Of a DNA stretch of 64,000 nt, positions 36,089 through 44,976 are shown in pieces. This stretch comes from an uncultured Bifidobacteriaceae bacterium (GTDB lineage: Bacteria; Acidobacteriota; Vicinamibacteria; Vicinamibacterales; UBA2999). A program made the translations under genes and the position numbers. The DNA lies in NCBI GenBank assembly GCA_964619705.1, contig CAZUGF010000001.1:151811-215810 (forward strand), in the 5' to 3' direction. The notes under the pieces were generated by a model that was given only the letters and a program-made list of their open reading frames with translations, made no database searches and was not told the DNA's origin. Position 1 is the first letter of the stretch. Each line of letters opens with the position of its first letter.

Positions 36089-36123
36089 CTCGTGGGGAAC
36101 CGGGCCTCCGGTACCCCCACGAG
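36089..36123. terminator. Bidirectional terminator-like hairpin (CTCGTGGGG-17 nt-CCCCACGAG) between convergent genes
   Basis: 9-bp stem. The loop itself contains a CCGG..CCGG mini-palindrome. Confidence 0.4.
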
Positions 36124-36144
36124 CGCTTGTCACAACCCGCGCGT

Positions 36145-36960
36145 CTACGAGCAGGAGTACGCCGTGTGCACCCTGCCGAGGCCGCCAGCGACCGCCGCCA
36201 CCTCCGCATGGAAATACACGCCGAAGCTGATGGTCTCACCGGCGGCGATACTGATGACGGACGAGCGCGTGCTGGACGCCTGCTTGCCGGCTGTGCCGTT
36301 GCTGATGACGTACTGTCCATAGATGCCGTCCTGCTGGTACGTGCCGTTGCGGTTGACGGCGGTCCGTACGAACCCCAGCTCCGTCCCGTTCGCGGACGCC
36401 GCGGACGGGTCGACCTGGATGGACGACGTCACCAGGCAGGTCTGATTCGCCGGCGCCACGAAGCTCGGCGTGGCGATGATGTAGTTGACGCCGGAGACCA
36501 ACGTCGCGAGTGCCCCGTTCAGGCTGGTCGTACCGCCTATGACCATAGGTGGTTCGGCCGAATCGGCGTTGCGCAGGATAAGGCCGGCTGACGGGACGGG
36601 CGGGACGAAGCTCGGGTTGGTGGCCGTCACCGCCTGGACGTAGTAGCGATCGAGGGTCGTTCCGAGAAACGGCGGCGTGAACCCGATGGCCACGCTGCCC
36701 GTCATGCCGATGACGCCCTGCGAGATGATCTGGACGTCCGGGCCGACGGCCAGTGCGACGCCGCCGTAGCTGAAGCCGGCGCCGACAGCACTGGCAATGA
36801 CGGCGTAGTGCTGGCCGGCCGTACCGTCGACCGTGAGCGTGACGGTGGCGCCCGGCGTCACCCTTGTCGCCGACGACGTAATGGTGGGCTGGGCCGCGGC
36901 GACAGCGGACAGGCACATGACCAGCCCGCAACCACTCGCCAGCCGACGAACGTTCAGCAT
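36145..36960 (-). CDS. Secreted hypothetical protein (two beta-rich halves, no recognisable domain)
   Basis: ATG 36960 preceded by GGAGGAGG. Signal MLNVRRLASGCGLVMCLSAVAAA. The composition is Thr/Ser/Gly/Val-rich, and the protein ends in ...HTAYSCS. Confidence 0.55.
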   Translation of the reverse strand: MLNVRRLASGCGLVMCLSAVAAAQPTITSSATRVTPGATVTLTVDGTAGQHYAVIASAVGAGFSYGGVALAVGPDVQIISQGVIGMTGSVAIGFTPPFLGTTLDRYYVQAVTATNPSFVPPVPSAGLILRNADSAEPPMVIGGTTSLNGALATLVSGVNYIIATPSFVAPANQTCLVTSSIQVDPSAASANGTELGFVRTAVNRNGTYQQDGIYGQYVISNGTAGKQASSTRSSVISIAAGETISFGVYFHAEVAAVAGGLGRVHTAYSCS

Positions 36961-37210
36961 GATCGCCTCCTCCAGATCGTTGGTTCGTTTCCCGCGCGCC
37001 GGTTCCCCGCACACCGTGCCCGGGGCTGCCTGCTGGTGTCGGCTCCCGGCCGAACGTTACGGGCAGCCGTTCCGCGCGCTCCGCGTGGTGGAGGCGCGTC
37101 GACACGGCGTCCGACGTGTCAACGACAGGCTGGCTCCGAGCCAACAGGCCCTGCGGGTGCGCTGCACGGGGAATGGCCCCGGGACGGGTGGGAGTGGGAC
37201 GGAGGAGGGA

Positions 37211-38047
37211 TTACTTCTTTGTGAGCACGACCGCGGCGCCGCCGGGCGTCGGAGCAACGCCCATGCCGAAGGAGGTGCCGCCGATACCGACCGTGACGAC
37301 CCGGCCCGCGGCAATGCCGAGGGCCGCGCCCATGAACACGTCGCTCAGGTGGTGCTTGTTCGCGGACATGCGCGCGGCACCGACGTAGGCCGCGAACGCG
37401 TAGGCGGGCACGCCGGCCTTCCAGCCGAAGTGGCGTTCCAGCACCGTCGCGGTGGCAAACGCGCTGGAGGTGTGTCCTGAGGGGAACGAGTGGTTGTTGC
37501 TCGCATCCGGCCTGGGACGGCGCGTCGCGAGCTTGAGGCCCTGCACCGAGACCTGCGAGAGCACCTGCGCGCGGAACAGGTCGCCGCCGACCGCCGCGGC
37601 CTTCGTGGACCCGGCGGCCTTGCCGATCCCGTAGGTCGCCAGTGCCGCACCGGTCTGCACCAGGAAGTTCCCGCCGATATTGCCCGCCTTGAACGTTCCC
37701 TGCGCCTGGGCCCAGTGCTCCTGCGCCTCCCTGACACCCTCGCGATCCCATGGCGTGGCGGCCACGGCCAGCACGCTCGCCAGGCCCAGGAACCGGGCCG
37801 TGTTGCCGCTGAAGAGCGCCTTGAAGTCGCCGCCCAGCGCCTTGAAGGGACCGGGCTCCGCCGCGCGCGGCGCGAGGTCGATGCCGTCCGGCCGGAGCCA
37901 CGCGGAGCCCGCCTGCCCGTCGATCTGGCGTTCGTCGGGGATTCCAGGGCCGCCGGCCGGCAGCGCCGGCGCCGGTGCCTGCGCGGATGACGGTGACGCC
38001 ACGCTCAGAAGGGCAGCGGTGACTGCCAGCGCCCGGGTGAATCTCAT
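37211..38047 (-). CDS. PAP2-superfamily (type 2 phosphatidic-acid/acid) phosphatase
   Basis: The three PAP2 motifs are KLATRRPRP, PSGHTS and ARMSANKHHLSDV. The signal-like N-terminus MRFTRALAVTAALLSVASPSSA starts at ATG 38047 (GTG 38071 is an alternative). Confidence 0.85.
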   Translation of the reverse strand: MRFTRALAVTAALLSVASPSSAQAPAPALPAGGPGIPDERQIDGQAGSAWLRPDGIDLAPRAAEPGPFKALGGDFKALFSGNTARFLGLASVLAVAATPWDREGVREAQEHWAQAQGTFKAGNIGGNFLVQTGAALATYGIGKAAGSTKAAAVGGDLFRAQVLSQVSVQGLKLATRRPRPDASNNHSFPSGHTSSAFATATVLERHFGWKAGVPAYAFAAYVGAARMSANKHHLSDVFMGAALGIAAGRVVTVGIGGTSFGMGVAPTPGGAAVVLTKK

Positions 38048-38182
38048 AGGGGGTAGGCCTCGCGTTCGCACGACGAGGGTATGACGACAGTGTAAATCCG
38101 CGCGCGTCTCAGGGCAACGCTCATTCCATCGCGGGCTGCGCTGGATTGGACGAAGGGAGGCGCGCGTCGGGCGGGTCCCGGG

Positions 38183-39862
38183 CTACCGGTGGCCGCCGGC
38201 CGTATCGGAGGACGGCGCGGGGTCCACCTGGCGCTCGAGGCCGACGAGCTGCCATCCGGCGCGGTAGCGAAAGTGAAGGACGACGGGCCTGGTCCAGGCC
38301 TCGGGCCCGCCGTGGGCGCTCACGAGCACCTGGATGAACCCGTTATCGGGAAGCGAGGGTGGTGGCGGCAGGTCCGTGCCGGGGGCTTCGGTGGTCCCCA
38401 GGGGTGTCACAGCGCCGGTGAGGTTGTCGAAGCGCGCCCACTCCGCCCGATAGCGTTCCGGTATCGCGGACACGCCGGCATCGACCGCCGCGTTGCGGAA
38501 CGTGAGGCGGCCGGCCGCGTCCAGGGACGGATCGACGATCGGGTTGACGGCGGGCAGGTAGGCCTCCAGAATCCGCTGCCGGCGCTCGACGATGGCGCGG
38601 ACGAGAAAGTCCTCCGCCTCCGGGTCGCCGAACTCGCCGCTGGCCACGGCCGCGCGGATCATCGGCTCGGTGACGAAGGTGAGCGTGTGTGCGGCCCAGA
38701 AGCGGTCGTCGGCCCGGGCATGGCGGAACGCGGCGTTCGAGATGTGTGCCTGCCACGTGTCCGGGTTCCAGGTGGAATGGTCGCGCGGGAGGCGTCCGAT
38801 GGCCGGCGATTCGTAGAAGTCGATGCGCCGCCACTCGGGCACGCGGAGCCCGAACGACGCGGCGCGTCTGCCGATCTCCCCGGGCTTCTCGACGAGCTCC
38901 TCGTACCCTTCCCACTCCTCGCGCGGTCCGACCGCGGCACTGCCGAGCGAGGAGCCGAAGTCGAGGAGGAAGTGCTTGATGAACGTGCGTCCGTTCTCGG
39001 TCACGAGCGTGGAGAGCGAGTTGATGCTCTTCGCGTCCGCGTGATTGAGCCAGGCGGAGAAGACGCCGTAGGCACGGAGTTCGCGGTGGTGCTCGTGCGG
39101 CACGAGGTCGTTCGGATCGTCGGGCCGGGTGCCGTGGAAGCCGAGGCGGCCGACAGGCCGGCCGGGCGCCGCCTTGCTGAAGATCACACGGGCCGTGCCG
39201 TCCGCCTCCCGCTCGGTGCGCGCCAGGAGCCGGGCGATGTCTCCTCGATCGAGCCGCCGCACGCGGCCGTCCGGCGTCGTGATCATGGCGTCCGCCGAGA
39301 TCGCGAGGTCCGACGCCCGCAGGTGGCCGATGTAGTACTCGACCGTGTGGTAGCCGAGCGCCCAGAACAGCTTGGCCGTCGTGATCTCGCTGCCCGTTGC
39401 CATCCCGCGCCAGCCGGGCGGATCGAACTTGATGAACCAGAGCCCGCCCTGCGTGTCGCGGACCGTGAACCCCGGCGTGATGCCGTCGCTCTTGGCGGAG
39501 ACGATGGTCAGCGGGGGCGGCGGTGGCCCATCGCCGGTATTGGCGGCGCGGTTCACGAGTTCCGGCGTCAGGGGCACACGGCCGGCCCGGTTGTGGAAGA
39601 ACGGTCCGTCCGGCACTTCGTCAATCGTGTTGACGTTCTTCGCGCGCTGGCCGGTGACGCGGTCGCCCGGACGCCCGAAGAGATTCTGCAGGGTCTGGAA
39701 GACGAGGTCCGGCTCGTACCGCACCGCATCGGTGACGTCCTGCGTCACCGGCTGCTCCATCAACGGGTCATCGTCGAAGAAGCGCGGCGTCTGCGCCTGG
39801 GCGATCAGCGCCAGGGAACCGGCGAGCGCCAGGACGGCGGTGGCGGCGGGACGGCGGAACAT
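38183..39862 (-). CDS. Secreted hypothetical protein with protein-kinase-like catalytic motifs
   Basis: Signal peptide MFRRPAATAVLALAGSLALIAQA. LWFIK145F (beta3-Lys-like), GSE159ITTAKLF (alphaC-Glu-like), H274ADAKSIN281 (HxDxKxxN spacing identical to HRDLKPEN) and LLD301FG. Confidence 0.55.
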   Translation of the reverse strand: MFRRPAATAVLALAGSLALIAQAQTPRFFDDDPLMEQPVTQDVTDAVRYEPDLVFQTLQNLFGRPGDRVTGQRAKNVNTIDEVPDGPFFHNRAGRVPLTPELVNRAANTGDGPPPPPLTIVSAKSDGITPGFTVRDTQGGLWFIKFDPPGWRGMATGSEITTAKLFWALGYHTVEYYIGHLRASDLAISADAMITTPDGRVRRLDRGDIARLLARTEREADGTARVIFSKAAPGRPVGRLGFHGTRPDDPNDLVPHEHHRELRAYGVFSAWLNHADAKSINSLSTLVTENGRTFIKHFLLDFGSSLGSAAVGPREEWEGYEELVEKPGEIGRRAASFGLRVPEWRRIDFYESPAIGRLPRDHSTWNPDTWQAHISNAAFRHARADDRFWAAHTLTFVTEPMIRAAVASGEFGDPEAEDFLVRAIVERRQRILEAYLPAVNPIVDPSLDAAGRLTFRNAAVDAGVSAIPERYRAEWARFDNLTGAVTPLGTTEAPGTDLPPPPSLPDNGFIQVLVSAHGGPEAWTRPVVLHFRYRAGWQLVGLERQVDPAPSSDTAGGHR

Positions 39863-39879
39863 GCCAGCGCCATTGTGCG

Positions 39880-40812
39880 TCAGGTTCGCGGTTTTTGTAC
39901 CGCCCCCAGCGCGGCCCGCATCCCGGCGGCGACGGCCTCGACCACCGCGTGCAGGGCGCTGCCGCGGCGCCAGGCGAGGACCAGCGTCCGGGACGGCCCG
40001 CCGCGGGCGAAGGGGCGAATCCGGAGCTGGGCCCGGCGATTCTCCACGGGAAGGGCCAGCGAGGGCAGGAGCGTGATCCCCTTGTTCGCGCTCACCATCT
40101 GGACGAGCGTCGAGAGGCTCGTGGCGCGGAACCCGCCTTCCACGGCGCCGGCCGCGTCGCAGAGTGCGAGCGCCTGGTCCCGGAAGCAGTGCCCGTCCTC
40201 CAGGAGGAGGACCTTCGCGCCCAGAAGGGCGCCCGCCGGGAGCGGTGTGCCGCGGCGCACGAGCGCCTGCCCGGGCGCGGCGGCGAGGACGAACGGGTCG
40301 CGTGCGAGCTCGGCCTGGTCCAGGTGCGTGGTCTCGTCGCCGGCGGCGACGAGGACCGCGTCGAGCGCTCCCTCCTCGAGGCGCCGGACGAGCGTGCGCG
40401 TCCGCTCCTCCGACCAGACGATGGTGAGCCGCGGGAACTGCCGCGTGAGCGCGGGCGCGACGTCGGGCAGGATGTAGGGGCAGACGGTCGGGATGACGCC
40501 AATCCGGATCGTCTCCGCGAACGGATCCGTCTCGAGGCGCGCCTTCTGCGCCAGGTCGTGCGCCCCGACGAGCAGGGCGCGCGCCCGGTCGACGAGCGCC
40601 CGCGCGCCGGGGACGACGCGCACCCCGCCTCGCGCGCGCTCGAAGATCCGGACGCCCAGCGCCCGCTCCGCGCGCGCCACCTGGGCGCTCAGGGACGGCT
40701 GCGCCACATGGCAGGCGTCGGCTGCGCGGCGGAAGCCGCCGTGGTCCGCCACCGCCACGATGTACTGGAGCTGGCGCAGGCTGAAGGGCAGGGTCGCCAG
40801 GACGGATGCCAT
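39880..40812 (-). CDS. oxyR: LysR-family hydrogen-peroxide sensor/regulator OxyR
   Basis: N-terminal wHTH LRQLQYIVAVADHGGFRRAADACHVAQPSLSAQV. The redox Cys context LLLEDGHCFRDQALALC gives two Cys nine residues apart, as in OxyR. Divergent from the catalase gene. Confidence 0.85.
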   Translation of the reverse strand: MASVLATLPFSLRQLQYIVAVADHGGFRRAADACHVAQPSLSAQVARAERALGVRIFERARGGVRVVPGARALVDRARALLVGAHDLAQKARLETDPFAETIRIGVIPTVCPYILPDVAPALTRQFPRLTIVWSEERTRTLVRRLEEGALDAVLVAAGDETTHLDQAELARDPFVLAAAPGQALVRRGTPLPAGALLGAKVLLLEDGHCFRDQALALCDAAGAVEGGFRATSLSTLVQMVSANKGITLLPSLALPVENRRAQLRIRPFARGGPSRTLVLAWRRGSALHAVVEAVAAGMRAALGAVQKPRT

Positions 40813-40969
40813 AGCCTCAAACTATCATGTCGGAACAAACGATGTCTTTGACGGCTCACCTGCATCCGGGCGACACTCTCTTGTCCGCTGGCGGGCACGC
40901 GGCGCGCCTCGCGGGACTCAGCGTCAGCCGGCGTCCCCTGGAAGTGCCGGTGTTCCCTGGAGAGATCGA

Positions 40970-42451
40970 ATGTCGAAGAAACCCATACTGACGACGGAAA
41001 GCGGTGCGCCGGTCACCGACAACCAGAACTCGCAGACCGCCGGCCCGGCCGGTCCGACGCTGCTGCAGGACCATTACCTCATCGAGAAACTCGCGCGCTT
41101 CAACCGCGAGCGCATCCCCGAGCGCATCGTGCACGCGGTCGGCACCGGCGTGTACGGGTACCTCGAGGTGACGAACCCGGACGTGCCGACGTGGACGATG
41201 ATGCGCGCCTTCGAGAAGGTCGGGAAGAAGACGGACATGTTCATCCGCTTCTCGACGGTGGCCGCCTCGCGCGGCGGGCCGGACGTGGCGCGGGACCCGC
41301 GCGGCTTCGCGATGAAGTACTACACCGAGGACGGCAACTGGGACCTCGTGGGCAACAACACGCCGATCTTCTTCATCAAGGACGGCATCAAGTTCCCTGA
41401 CTTCATCCACTCGCAGAAGCAGGACCCGTACACGAACCGGCAGGAGCCGGACAACGTGTGGGACTTCTTCTCGCACTCGCCGGAGGCCACCCACCAGTTC
41501 ACGTGGCTGTTCGGCGATCGCGGCATCCCCGCCTCCTTCCGCTGCATGGACGGCTTCTCCTCGCACACCTACCAGTGGGTGAACGCGAAGGGCGAGCGCG
41601 TCTGGGTGAAGTTCCACTTCAAGACGGACCAGGGCATCAAGTGCCTGACCTCCGAGGAGGCGGCCGTCATCGGCGGGCAGGACCAGCAGTACTGCCATCA
41701 CGAGATCTACGACCACATCGAGCGCGGCGACTTCCCGTCCTGGACCGTCAAGGTGCAGGTGATGCCCGAGGCGGACGCGGCCACCTATCGCATCGATCCG
41801 TTCGACCTCACCAAGGTGTGGAACTACCGCGACTACCCGCTCATCCCGATCGCGAAGCTCGTGCTGAACCGGACGCCGGACAACTACTTCGGCGAGACGG
41901 AGCAGGCGGCCTTCGACCCGGCGCACTTCGTTCCCGGCATCGGCCCCTCGCCCGACCGGATGCTGCAGGCGCGGCTCTTCGGCTACGGCGACGCGCACCG
42001 CTACCGCCTGGGAATCAACCACTCGCGCCTGCCGGTCAATGCGCCGAGGGGCGTCGAGGGCGGGGCGTCCAACTACGGACAGGACGGCGCGATGAAGTTC
42101 GACAGCCGCAGCGGGCGGGAGAAGAACTACGAGCCGAACAGCTTCAACGGCCCGGTGCAGACGAACGAGGCGCATTACAAGGGCCTCGAGGCCGGCCTCT
42201 CGGGCCACTACGCGCAGGTCCCGCGCGAGGTGGACGACTTCGCGCAGGCGGGCGACCTGTATCGCCTGCAGCCGGCCGACGCGCAGCAGCGGCTGGTGGA
42301 CAACATTGCCGGCAGTCTCGCGCAGGTGAGCCGTCAGGACATTATCGACCGCGCCATCGGCCACTTCGCGAAGGCGGACGCCGAGTTCGGGCGCCGCATC
42401 ACCGAGGGTGTTGCCGCCCGTCGTCAGGGCGAGGCGGTCGGCGCCCGGTAG
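40970..42451 (+). CDS. katB: Monofunctional heme catalase (small-subunit type)
   Basis: ATG 40970 after GGAGAG. RERIPERIVHAVG (distal His), FSTVAASRGGPDVARDPRGFAMKYYT, and VGNNTPIFFI. The proximal-Tyr region is RLFGYGDAHRYRLG. Confidence 0.93.
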   Translation: MSKKPILTTESGAPVTDNQNSQTAGPAGPTLLQDHYLIEKLARFNRERIPERIVHAVGTGVYGYLEVTNPDVPTWTMMRAFEKVGKKTDMFIRFSTVAASRGGPDVARDPRGFAMKYYTEDGNWDLVGNNTPIFFIKDGIKFPDFIHSQKQDPYTNRQEPDNVWDFFSHSPEATHQFTWLFGDRGIPASFRCMDGFSSHTYQWVNAKGERVWVKFHFKTDQGIKCLTSEEAAVIGGQDQQYCHHEIYDHIERGDFPSWTVKVQVMPEADAATYRIDPFDLTKVWNYRDYPLIPIAKLVLNRTPDNYFGETEQAAFDPAHFVPGIGPSPDRMLQARLFGYGDAHRYRLGINHSRLPVNAPRGVEGGASNYGQDGAMKFDSRSGREKNYEPNSFNGPVQTNEAHYKGLEAGLSGHYAQVPREVDDFAQAGDLYRLQPADAQQRLVDNIAGSLAQVSRQDIIDRAIGHFAKADAEFGRRITEGVAARRQGEAVGAR

Positions 42452-42555
42452 GCGCGTCCGTTCAGGCAAGCCGGGACAGGGGAGCCGGATGGTCCGGCTC
42501 CCCCGGTCCGCCACTCCCTCGCTCCGTTGCGGCGCACGCCCGCCGCGGTACCTTC

Positions 42556-43047
42556 ATGTCCTCTGCCGACGGCCTCCTCGAACTGACTGTACACAGCGCC
42601 CGCACGGGCGACGCCCTGACCCTCGGGCGCGCCCTGGATGCCGGCGTTCCCGTCGACACGACGAGCCCGCGCGGCGACTCGCTGCTGATGCTGGCCGCGT
42701 ACCACGATCACCTGCCGTGCGTCCACGCGCTGCTCCAGCGCGGGGCGGACCCGAACCATCGCGATGCGAAGGGCCAGACGCCGTTGTCCGGCGTGGCGTT
42801 CAAGGGGCTCATGGCGGCGGCGTCCGCGCTCCTCGATGCCGGCGCGGACGTCAATGCCGCCGCCGGCGACGGCCGCACGCCGCTCATGATGGCGGCGGCG
42901 TTCAATCGCGTCGAGATGGTCGCGCTGCTGCTGGCGCGCGGCGCGTCGCGGGACGCCCGGGATGCCGCGGGGCTCACGTCCCTCGACATCGCCCGCGCGA
43001 TGGGCGCGACCGAGGTCGTCAACCGCCTGGCCGCCGGCCCGGACTGA
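42556..43047 (+). CDS. ankB: Ankyrin-repeat protein (AnkB-like, catalase-associated)
   Basis: The ANK consensus occurs repeatedly (GDSLLMLAAYHDHLPCVHALLQRGADPNHRD, GQTPLSGVAF..., GRTPLMMAAAFNRVEMVALLLARGA). Lies 104 nt downstream of the catalase gene, as in the Pseudomonas aeruginosa katB-ankB operon. Confidence 0.8.
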   Translation: MSSADGLLELTVHSARTGDALTLGRALDAGVPVDTTSPRGDSLLMLAAYHDHLPCVHALLQRGADPNHRDAKGQTPLSGVAFKGLMAAASALLDAGADVNAAAGDGRTPLMMAAAFNRVEMVALLLARGASRDARDAAGLTSLDIARAMGATEVVNRLAAGPD

Positions 43048-43095
43048 CCGCCGCCCGCGCCGCCACGACAGCACGCCGCCCGCGCGCCCGTTCGA

Positions 43096-44310
43096 TCAGA
43101 ACGGCTGCGCCGCCGCCCACACGAGCCTCAACCCCTCGCGGCTGCGCGCGAGCTCCACCCGGAACGCCGAGAACGTCGGCCCGTGAAACCGGGCGCCGAC
43201 GCCCCAGTTCCGATCGAACCGGCCGGCGCTCAGCCGCTCGACGGACGAGGCGACCTGTCCGGCATCCACGAAGAGGGCGAGATCGAGGTACCGCGACGGC
43301 CGCCAGCGGTACTCCGCGGTGAGCAGCGCGGCCTGGCGTCCCGTGAAGCGGCGGTTGCCGAAGCCACGGAGCGTGTCGCCGCTCCCGAGGTACGGCTGCA
43401 GGACCAGCGGCACATCGTTGCCGCCGCCCGTCGCCGTCGTCGAGAGAAGGGCCCGGAACGCCAGGACGTACTGCGCGCGGACGAGCGGCACGAGTTGGCT
43501 GGCCTCATACTCCATGCGATCGAACGAGAACGGCCGGTTGGCCGTCTCCGCGTGGCGCGCCCAGCGCACGGCCAGGTGCGTGCCGCTCGTGCTGTACGCC
43601 GGCGCCGGCCGCGTGTCGATCGCCGCCGAGGCGCTGAACACGTTGTAGGACACGTCGTGTCCGAGCGCCGGGGCCGGAGAGGGCTCCACCTGGATGATCG
43701 CGGCGTCGGACGACGTGTTGAACGTCAGCCGGGACACGCCGGCGTCCATGCGCAGCCAGCGCAGGGGTGCGGCCCTGGCCGTGGCCCCGATGACGATGGG
43801 CCGGTAGTCGTACGAGATGCGGCCGTCCCTGGACGACTCCTGTCCGAGACCGTGGAACGTCACGTCGTTGACGTCCGTGAACCGGGCCAGCAGATCGACG
43901 CTGACCCGATCGCCGGCCGGGACGTGCGCGGCAACCTGCCCGAAGTAGGACCCGTTGATCGACAGGCCCGTGCTCGCGTCGACGTACGCCGCATAGGCCA
44001 GCCGCCGGTGGTAGCCGAAGCCGAGCGCCGCGCCGCTGCCGCCGAAGACGCTCCCCATCCAGGGGTAGAAGCCGCGGAGCTGCCCGCCGAAGAACGTGCT
44101 GCCGCTCACGTAGCGCGCGACAAAGTCTTCGACCCGCGTCGGTCCGTCCGGCTCCAGCCGCTCGGCCTTCTCCGCCTGGGCGCGCGCGATGAGGGCGGCA
44201 CGCGAGGTGACGCCCTGCGATCCCGGCGCGGATCCAGGGGGTTGCGCGAGGGCCGGCGCGCCGCCGGCCACGAGTGCCACGACGGTCACGGAGAGGAGAG
44301 TACGGACCAT
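43096..44310 (-). CDS. Omp85/BamA-superfamily outer-membrane beta-barrel (surface-antigen domain, no POTRA seen)
   Basis: ATG 44310 with a signal peptide. The C-terminal block is GDTLRGFGNRRFTGRQAALLTAEYRW...FVDAGQV...WGVGARF...ELARS. The terminal residue is Phe. Confidence 0.7.
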   Translation of the reverse strand: MVRTLLSVTVVALVAGGAPALAQPPGSAPGSQGVTSRAALIARAQAEKAERLEPDGPTRVEDFVARYVSGSTFFGGQLRGFYPWMGSVFGGSGAALGFGYHRRLAYAAYVDASTGLSINGSYFGQVAAHVPAGDRVSVDLLARFTDVNDVTFHGLGQESSRDGRISYDYRPIVIGATARAAPLRWLRMDAGVSRLTFNTSSDAAIIQVEPSPAPALGHDVSYNVFSASAAIDTRPAPAYSTSGTHLAVRWARHAETANRPFSFDRMEYEASQLVPLVRAQYVLAFRALLSTTATGGGNDVPLVLQPYLGSGDTLRGFGNRRFTGRQAALLTAEYRWRPSRYLDLALFVDAGQVASSVERLSAGRFDRNWGVGARFHGPTFSAFRVELARSREGLRLVWAAAQPF

Positions 44311-44399
44311 CGGCCGGCACAGTGCCACGCCTGCGGTCGATCCGTCAACAGGCCGTGGGCCCGAAGCCGGGACGGCACCAGCCTGCCGCCCGCGGACCG

Positions 44400-44933
44400 T
44401 CAGTAGACCGGCGGGGCCAGAATCGCGCTCGCCGCGAACGCCAGCCCGACAATGAGCGCGATCGCCACGGCACACACCACGAGCGCCCGCCCGCCGTGCT
44501 CGTAGTCGAGGGCGTGTTTCACGCCCACGACCATCGCGGCGAACATCCAGACAGCCGTTACCGCGAAGACCCAGACCCGTCCGTGCGGGATGAGGCCGAA
44601 CACCTGCAGCAGCCCGGGGGCCGCAGCGAATCCCGTCGTGCGGAGCAGCTGCCCCCAGTCGGCCCGTGTCGCGGGCCCGGGGAGGAGACGCGTGCCGATC
44701 TGGAAGATGAGCATCGCCCAGGACGACCAGGTCAGGAGCGCCAGCCCCGTGATCGCGGCGAGGGTGACGGCGCGGGTGCCGAGGATCTCGCCGGCGCCCA
44801 ACCCGGCCGCCAGGCTGGCCAGCACCACGGTCAGCGCGGCCTGTGTCGTCGTCCGGCGATCCGCTTCGATCCCTTCGTACATGCCCGCGTCGAGCATCGC
44901 CGCGCCGAGGACTCGATACGCGTACAGGCCCAT
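44400..44933 (-). CDS. Yip1-domain membrane protein
   Basis: 177 aa, five TM. N-terminal MLDAGMYEGIEADRRTTTQAALTVVLASLAAGLG is typical of bacterial Yip1 proteins. Confidence 0.7.
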   Translation of the reverse strand: MGLYAYRVLGAAMLDAGMYEGIEADRRTTTQAALTVVLASLAAGLGAGEILGTRAVTLAAITGLALLTWSSWAMLIFQIGTRLLPGPATRADWGQLLRTTGFAAAPGLLQVFGLIPHGRVWVFAVTAVWMFAAMVVGVKHALDYEHGGRALVVCAVAIALIVGLAFAASAILAPPVY

Positions 44934-44976
44934 GTCCGCATTCTAGTCCGCCGGGCCTGCGGGCACGCGCGGCCGA

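Noticed and set aside
40813-40853. OxyR operator call in the oxyR/catalase intergenic region
   Set aside because: The region is AT-richer but does not fit the ATAG-N7-CTAT tetranucleotide pattern or a clean T-N11-A dyad. It is mentioned only within the finding.
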